Shown here one piece after another: positions 56,330-64,000 of a stretch of DNA of 64,000 nt. The DNA is from Oikopleura dioica (lineage: Eukaryota; Animalia; Chordata). Below the pieces are notes generated by a model. That model was not told the origin of the DNA, did no database searches, and saw only the letters and a list, made by a program, of their open reading frames with translations. How positions within the stretch are numbered: the stretch's first letter is position 1; the number at the start of each line of letters is the position of its first letter. The translations under genes were made by a program, and so were the position numbers. The stretch is taken from positions 13,392,001 to 13,456,000 of the forward strand of contig OU015567.1 of the NCBI GenBank assembly GCA_907165135.1, in the 5' to 3' direction.

Positions 56330-58302
56330 TCATTTTCATCTGAAATTTGTGAGGAAATGAGCGATTGTAGAGATTTTCGTCATCATAATCATACAGGTAG
56401 GTAACCAGATGATATGCCAAAAAAACTTTTGTAAGAATGGTGCAATTTCTCCCTGGCAGAACCATCATGCGATCAAGACGAAGGTTTCGTTGATTATATA
56501 ACAACCGGTTTCTGTGCATTTCCGACTACCGAATCTGCTAAATGGCTTGGTGGAGTTTATTTTATCTACATAATGTGGCTAATGTATCTTTTCGCGATGA
56601 TAGGGATATCTGCAGACTCCTTTTTTGTTCCTTGCTTAGATTGGATATCTAAAGCTCTGAAGATTTCGGAAAATATTGCCGGTGAGACATTCGTTAGAAA
56701 AGTCATAAGTGAGTTAAAAGGTGTCACTTTTGTTGCTCTCGGGAACGGAGCCCCTGATATTTTTGGAGCAATGGCTGCTTTTACTAGTGCAACTGCAGAA
56801 TCTTCTTCCTTAGCGATTGGAGCCCTCCTTGGTGCTGGAGCTTTTATCCGACTTTTGGTAACTGGAGCTTGTGTTTGGGAAAGTGTTTTTGCTTTTTAGC
56901 GATTCAAATCTTTTTGAGAATGAAAATAATTAAACATAAATAAAGATTGCGTCAGGATGTCGTCTCCCGCCGCTCGCAACTTTCCGCGACATCATTTTCA
57001 GTATATGGGCGATTTACTGGTTGTTTATTTGCCTCTGGAATCGTGAAATACGTCTTCTTGACTCTGTCGGATTCTTGTGTCTTTATGGGGTTTATATTCT
57101 GACGGTTATTGGCATGAGCGTGTGGAAGCGTAAACATGCGCCCGATCAGGAACAACTTGTTTGGAATGTTGATGACGAAGATGCAGAAATAGATGATGAC
57201 CAGGAAAGAATCGATGCGGGTAAGTTAATGTACAACTAACCTCCTCTGAGAGTAAACTTAGTGGAAATAAATGAAATCAACGAGGACAGCTCAGACGATG
57301 ACATCATTAGCGATATCATGGAGGTAACGTGGAAATCGGAAGCAATAGAAGCCCTCAAAGTTTTTCCCGCAGAGGAATGGAAAGAATTTTCTCTCATGCA
57401 GAAAATCTTCAACGGAGTGTGTTCCCCTGTTATTTGGCTGATGAAGATGACGACCCCGATTTTGGACGGCGATGACCTCAATAAAAGCTGGAATTTGCCC
57501 CTCACTCTGATGCAAACATTTTTGGTAAGATTTGATAAAGTAGCAATTTTTGAAAATTATTTTAGATTCCAATTTTCATCTGGCTCTTCACGTATCAATA
57601 TAAGACGGCTTTTGTTGGACCGATGCCTGTGATTGTGATAGTTTTACTTGTCTCGATTGTCTTAACAACTGCAGTCTTTTTCACTGCCAAGCTCGACACA
57701 GCTCCTGTCTATTATCCAATTTACTCTTTCATCGGCTTTGTGATGAGCATTCTTTGGATTTATGTAGAGGCAAATGAAAGTAAGTCCACAGTTTTGTCTC
57801 ATAAACTCTATGTTAACTTCTTTCTAGTCGTGAATATTTTGACTGCATTCGGCGTATTTTGGAATGTAAATACAACGATAATGGGTATTCTCATTCTCGC
57901 GCCAGCAAATTCGATCGGCGATTTTGTGGCCGATTTCGGACTCAGCAAAATTGGAAAGGTTGAGACAGCGATGGGTGCAATTTACGCAGGGCCCCTAATG
58001 AACCTCCTGATAGGTGTTGGTTTGAGGTATGCTTTTATTTGCTTTGAATTGCGCCTCACTATCATAGTTGCACCATCGCCAATCTGACGAACGGTGTACC
58101 AGTTCCACTCGATCTAACAGCGATCGAGCTTTCTATGGCAGCCGCGGTAGAATTATCTCTGTTTATGGGAATAGGTGTGCTAATCTGCTATAACTTCCGC
58201 TTCCCGAAGTGGGTTGGCCCAGTATTCGTTGGATGCTATTTAGTCGTTCTTGTTATCACAATCATCGCAGACACTGGTGCTTTTGGTACTGTTCCAAAAT
58301 AG
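56330..58302 (+). CDS. SLC8B1: Cation/Ca2+ exchanger, NCLX (SLC8B1)-like; 5' end uncertain
   Basis: CDQDEGFVDYITTGFCAFP; ADSFFVPCL...ISENIAG/VTFVALGNGAPDIF (alpha-1); GILILAPANSIGDFVAD...AMGAIYAGPLMNLLIGVG (alpha-2). Confidence 0.88.
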
Positions 58303-58853
58303 AATGTTATTTAAATTTCTGTAAATAAAGTGAAAATAAAAATGAAGAAAACTACAGTCTTTAACTATAAGTTCCTAAAAGGAAGTGTAATCAGCAAAAG
58401 CCTCTTTACCCGTGTTTAACTACGGATATCGAAGACGAGGGCATTTTTCGAAAGAAAGCCTTTTGTCAATATCAGAAGTGCTCGACTCTGATCCACGCGT
58501 GGTTTGCACAGCTAAGCGGACGAGTGTCATGGTCATTTTCGACCGCTTTTGTGAAAATTTCGGCTTTGTAAAGTGGCTGTGGGAAATGTGTGCGTTCATT
58601 GTTAGCCTGCCAAGCTCACCGAAACTGCCAACAGCGACCGCTGCGTCGATTTCGTCCTTCCAGAGACAAAAATCATCACTTTGCTTTACGAGCTCGCAGA
58701 AAGTGCATTTTACGAGAGCAGCTTTCCACGCGCCACCTACCGATTGCATTCAGCCGGCCAAGGTGAATTTTGTTTTGGCATTGCACTGCTTATAAACAAG
58801 GATTTCTGTAAGAGGCATTGGCATCAGGACGAAAGAGTTTGAACCGACGAAAG

Positions 58854-61800
58854 ATGAGGAAGTACGCGCTGCTTGCAGCTGTTGCAAGCTCGGCGAATGT
58901 TTTTGAAAGGATAAGCAGGAGAGCAAGAGTCGACTGGAAGGATCTCATTGATAAGGTATGAGAAATTACATCCATTAAATATAATTCATTTATAAGGGGC
59001 CGTATTGGGACCCATCTTTTATGGACTACCAGGGGGATGAGCCTCAGCGAGTCGGAAATTCTGAAGCATTTGTCTTCGACAGAGATGATTTTCTCAATGA
59101 TGCTCCATCTTATGATAATGACTTTTTCGGAGAGAGCGAGGTCAAGCCAATGTCTCTCGTCACTGGCGAAAGAAAAGATCTTGGAGACGACACTGATGTC
59201 TGTTGGGAGAGCTGTGATGCACCACCAGAGTGTCTTTGCAAAAACTGCTGTGTAGAGAAAAAAGTAACGTGTCCGGTCGACGTTGTCGTTGCTCTTGATG
59301 TCTGCCACTGTGATAACAGCCGATGGATCAAGACAATCGAGTTTGTCACGCACTTGACTGAAGAATTCCAAGAAAAGGTCGATGATTTCCGATTAAGCGT
59401 CGTGCTCTTCAATGAGGTCTCGGAAGTTGCATTTTCACTTGCTGATTGGGATCCGACATGGACGTTGGAGGATGTTTACCAAATATTGGACAATCACGAC
59501 CTCATCGACTTCTATGGGCGGGGAACTTTCCTCCATACCGGGGTAGAATTCGCGATGAAACAATTTGACCACGATCTGAAGAGAAGGGCATTGTTGGTTT
59601 TGTACTCGAATGGTCTTTCGCAATCCAGTGACACTGAAGTGCTTGACGTCGTGAACAAGTTCCCGGGGCCAAAAGTCGTTTCCGTCACAGCTGATGCTCT
59701 TTACGATAACTGCGACGGACCTCTCTGCCCCCACAAGCAGCTACTGAGTGACATGACTAACAATATGGTTCTTGATGGTAGTGGACGAAAACAGTTTTGG
59801 GCTGCAAAGGAAATCCGAAAAATTGTCCAAGAGTCTTTTGTCTGCCATGAGCGAGCTTGTGAATGGTGCGACTGTGACTGCGATTTCTCCTGTGAAAATA
59901 CAGAGGCTCTCGCAGGAGTTACCCGAGATGAGTGTCAGAACTGCCCGAAGATTCCTTGCCCAGTGGACATCATCTTTGCCATCGACATGTGCCACTGCGA
60001 CCCGCTCCGAATGGAGATATCCAAGGAGTTCATCGCTGCTACTGCTGACAAGCTCATTCCTGACTCTGACGCTCGCGGTCAAAAAGTCAGACTGTCTGTT
60101 GTTCAGGACAGTTTAATAAGATTCCTGACAAAATACTTTATTGCGTTTCTATCTTTAGCTAGGGCGTAATTTCCTACTTAGCGATAATTAAGTTGTCAGA
60201 ATTACTGTTAGACCGCACTTAGTTCAATGAAATTGCCGTGACATCTACTCATTTTGTCGAGTTCAACGGAGACGCAGCCGATAAAGTTAGGGAAGTGGAT
60301 TTATATGGCCACCTGCGGTAACCGGTCCGGGTCTTTTTGTGGTCACACCAATTATTTCCGTTGTGACCTTTCATCGACTAAGCTTATAAACACTCCCAAT
60401 AAAAGCCTCAATGACTTCAAGGAAAACCTTAAGAATTTGCCATTTGAACAGTTTAAGGGCATGGGCACAAAGTTAACTACTGGTATCGATGAAGCAAGAA
60501 AGACTTTTCAATTTGAATCGATGTCTCAGTCCGACCGTGATCGGCTTGGAATTTTCACCAATAAGGTTTTTACTTTTTTTATCCTGAAAATTAATAATTT
60601 GGTAGACGGAAAAAGTTCTCATCTTGCACTCTAATGGGCACTCAATGGACTCGCGAGTCGGAATCATGAAGACAATTGATGGAATCAAGCAAGACTTTGA
60701 AGTAAAAGTCATTCCTGTATCAGTGGATGCTCCAAGCTTCAAATCGCATGATCCTACTGCCCCTGACGCTGTTTTTTTGAACCGAATCAAGGATCAAAAA
60801 CTTTCTAACTTTGTGGATGGAACTCAATGTAATTAAAAACAAAATATCACGAGTTAAAAAATAATTTCAGTAGAACAAGCTGTCAATGCTATCGATTCTT
60901 TCATCATGGACATGGAGTGTGACGACATCAGATGCGAAAATCCTTGTCCTTTCGAAGAACGAGAGTTTGAAACTTCGCCAGAGCCTGCACTTTGCCCAAA
61001 TGTTTTCGGCGAGTTTAACCCGATCAACCCCGCTGAAATGGGGAGCGATTTTGATAGAACTGATGTCGATGGGCCAAATCCAAGCAACCCATCTGAAATT
61101 TACGATTCTCCGTGCAAGGCATTGAATCTGGCCTTTATTATTGATGGATCAGGTATAAAAAACAAGCATCTTCGTATCATGTTCTTTGTAGACTCCGTTA
61201 CGGGCCGACCAAATGGAGGAGAATGGAAAACTGTCCGAGACTGGGTTTCGGCGGTGATTGACGAGCTTGATCTTGAGTCGCGCCCCGGAATTTCCAACGT
61301 CGCTGTCATGCAGGTGCTTATTAAAGTCTTGGCGCTCGTTAACTATGATCCTTCAAGTATGCCGCGAATCACGAAATCGTTCAACAAAAATGGTGGCCGA
61401 TGGGATGTGATCCTCAAAGGCGATCCTCAACTGAGCTTCGAGACGAACTTGCTCGTTGGCGACAGTTCAACACCACAACTAATACATACAAGGTGAGGTT
61501 AGCGTTATACAGACATGCTCATGGGATGGTTCAGGCTACGACCGCAATGATGGATTTCCACGACGACAATCTCGCCCAGCTCTCCGAGAATCAATACAAT
61601 GTTCTTGTCTTGATTTCTGATGGCGAGCATCGTGATGCTTGGCGCAAGAAACAGGTAAAGTGACTTTTTATTTGAAAATATAGGTTCCATTTAGACGGAA
61701 ATCGACCGACTGAAGCAAACTTTCGACATGGTTCAAGTGGTCAAGATTCGGGAAAACCGCGAATTCCACAACCTCGAAGATTGGCAAGAAGATAGCACGA

Positions 61801-61999
61801 TGATCAAATCTCTCCGAACCAGACCAAACTGGGCTGCGGAAGAGCTCGATTTCCTCCAGGAATGCGAGCACAAATGCGGAATGGCCTACGATTCTTCATC
61901 GGTAAAATTGTTGATTTGAATTCTAAAAGAACTCTATTTTAGTCTTCATTCTCTTCATCTGATCCCTTCTCATCCTCGACAGACTTCTCTAACCCCTAA
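58854..61999 (+). CDS. Secreted protein with three von Willebrand A domains and Cys-rich linkers
   Basis: Signal MRKYALLAAVASSA with intron to GPYWDPSFMDY. VWA starts CPVDVVVALDVCHC, CPVDIIFAIDMCHC and LNLAFIIDGS/DS; GTFLHTGVEFA and GTKLTTGIDEA motifs. Confidence 0.85.
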
Positions 62000-62171
62000 C
62001 CTCAAAGAAGATAAATCCGTCTAACCTCAATCTGTGACCTACTCTGACAAGAAACTGCGAAGTTCAAAGACTGAATTCATATTCTAGACTCTAGCTGTTC
62101 GAACTCTCTCTCTCTCTTCTGAGGCGCGAATAAAAATCTACATTTAATATTTTTTTCATTTTTATAGATAT

Positions 62172-64000
62172 TTATTTATAAACCAAAGCATATAAGATAG
62201 CAAGAATGCAGCTCAGATATTTCGTTTTCAAGGATGAATTTCTTCGCAAAAATGGATCATCGAAGCTTTTTTGGGTTCCAAGTTTGAAATTTCAACAATA
62301 AAAAATCAGATTTTGCGAATTAAAATGAAACCAATCCTGATATTGTAATTGCATAAATCAGTAGTACAGCAATGAACGCAAATTTGACCATTGCCGGCGG
62401 AAGTTGCTCTGAAACAGTCACTTTGACTGTATTGTTGAACACAATCAGACTTTTGACATCCTAACTCGTCCCAAACATGGCCCTTTTTGTCGTCAAAATA
62501 GCTGATTGCCCAGCTTAAATTCATTTAGTAAATCTGTTTTGAGCTATGTTTTTACCAATTTCCATCGCAAATTTCCTTTGTAACATTCCCAAGAAGTCTA
62601 TCAGTGCCGCTGAAAGAGTAGCATTGCTTTGGATCCAGAAATGTTTCTTGAGTGACAACTGACGTTTCATTCGATATGATCAGATCATCAAAATATGTAA
62701 AATTTGCGTCATCAGAGCAACTTTTCCAGAGTTTAACTTGCACAGGCGGGCATGGATGACATGGAGCTTTTTGAGCACATCTGTATCCATCAGCCAGATT
62801 GCATGAAAACGACGGGTTGAATCCAGTTTGATCAAGGTCGCTAAGATCAGTTCCCGCTTGGTTGATGCAATTGATCCCTCTAAGAAATTTTAGCCTTGAT
62901 TCTAAATCCTCTGTTCTTAATTGGTCGAGTGAGGTAGTTTGCGGTGTGTCCCATCCTGCAGAACAAGATGTTGTATTTTCAAAAGTCGCTTGAACATCGC
63001 AAACGCAGAAGAAGCGAATCTCATGGTCATCGCATAGATTTCCGGCTAGATTTCTGTTGAGACAGAAGACACCTGATTTTGAGCATTGTACGGAATTATG
63101 AAGAGGGGATCCACTCTTCGCTCTGCACTCAACATTGATGATGTTCGAGGATGGACAAAAAGAATAATAATTCCGCAAGTTAGAAGTTGACTCCTCTTCT
63201 CCGCCGGAAACATAAACGCCAGCGAGTTGAATCCCTGTTGGAGTAACAGCGCTCATCCAGTTTGTCCAGCCTTCAGAAGGAACTCCAAGTGTGCAGTTCA
63301 CAAAATCCATGTTGAGAATAACGCTTTCAAATTGGCTTTGGAGAGATCTTCTTTTCACTTGATTTTCACTAACAGACGCTACAAAGAACCCAGTGTCATC
63401 AGGACAGCTACAAGTGACTCTACTTGCGCAGTCCGCAGCACAGCAATTGAGCTCGTTTTTCAAAACGAGAGACATGAATCTATCCATATCCGTGTTCCTC
63501 AAATCATATTTGCCAGGCCTGTCAGAAATAAGCAAAATTGTCGCCTGGCCGGACAAAATATCTATTTCAAAGTCCTCGCCTTCGCCACAGATGGTTTCAA
63601 CGAGTATTCCGTCATCGAAAACTAATAATTGGTCAACGCAAAATTCCGAATTTCCCCGGAATGATTTCACAGCTTCAATATTGTAGCGATTGAAGGACAA
63701 AGTAAATGATCGTGTTCTTTGAATGCTATAAAGATATGTTTTCCCGGATTCGTAGTTCATGATCTGATCAGTGAGTGAGTTTGTAAAGACATTATCGAGG
63801 ACGGTATAGCTCTCGTAAGTTTTGATTAGCTGAATATGCTCATGACCGTCTGAAGCAATGTCCAAAGATGTAATATTTCCGTTAACAAACAATAGGTTTT
63901 TATTCAAGCTCATATTTTGTCCGTCAATATTCAGCTCTCCAGTAGAATTGCTCGCTGAAAGATCAAAAAGGGCTAGCAGAATAAACTCGTTCTGTTGAGC
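62172..64000 (-). CDS. 3' part of an extracellular protein with Mucin2 WxxW-type module(s), C-terminal Ly6/uPAR-like motif and likely GPI signal; 5' end outside the window
   Basis: WTNWMSAVTP...GGEEES...C...VECR...VQCS...FCLN...CDDHEIRFFC; CVHCCTTDLCN; a GA-AG-spliced last exon ends in hydrophobic YLSCILAILYALVYK*. Confidence 0.72.

Noticed and set aside
58412-58795. ORFs on both strands between NCLX and the VWA gene
   Set aside because: No recognisable motif, start or splice model.
1-64000. Prokaryotic or phage origin, rRNA, tRNA genes
   Set aside because: Pervasive spliceosomal introns and animal gene families; no rRNA or tRNA patterns seen by eye (tRNAscan-SE or Infernal would be needed to exclude them).

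Overview
Compact, gene-dense animal genomic DNA with mostly 35-60 nt spliceosomal introns, several GA-AG non-canonical introns, operon-like gene spacing and an isolated posterior Hox gene. Together these point to a larvacean tunicate (Oikopleura-like); this is inferred, not confirmed. Host genes from left to right: 3' end of a charged protein, GUF1/EF4, MTSS1/MIM-like I-BAR protein (minus), a PGRP amidase with defensin-like N-terminal repeats, a convergent secreted protein made of peptidoglycan-binding-like repeats, an EF-hand/GxDG-repeat protein, two paralogous small cationic Cys peptides, a membrane-anchored carboxylesterase, a Cys-rich secreted protein, chondroitin sulfate synthase, a DEG/ENaC channel, an SSAT-type GNAT, a posterior (Hox10-like) homeobox gene, an actinoporin-like protein, a mucin-like protein, NCLX, a triple-VWA protein and a WxxW/Ly6 protein. 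The main feature is a 13.9 kb Ty3/gypsy (Tor-like) LTR retrotransposon (36487-50395). Its two 379 bp LTRs look identical and end in CG...CG. Besides a 1928 aa gag-pol ORF it carries about 7 kb of cargo: up to seven extra genes on both strands, at least five of them intron-containing, and no conventional env. Two non-autonomous DNA transposons sit inside coding exons and appear to be removed as introns. A 750 bp TTAA element in the DEG/ENaC gene forms a precise GA-AG intron, and a 399 bp TA/CAGT element in GUF1 can be spliced in frame leaving 9 extra residues. All splice models were built by hand and need RNA confirmation. No rRNA, tRNA or CRISPR array was seen.
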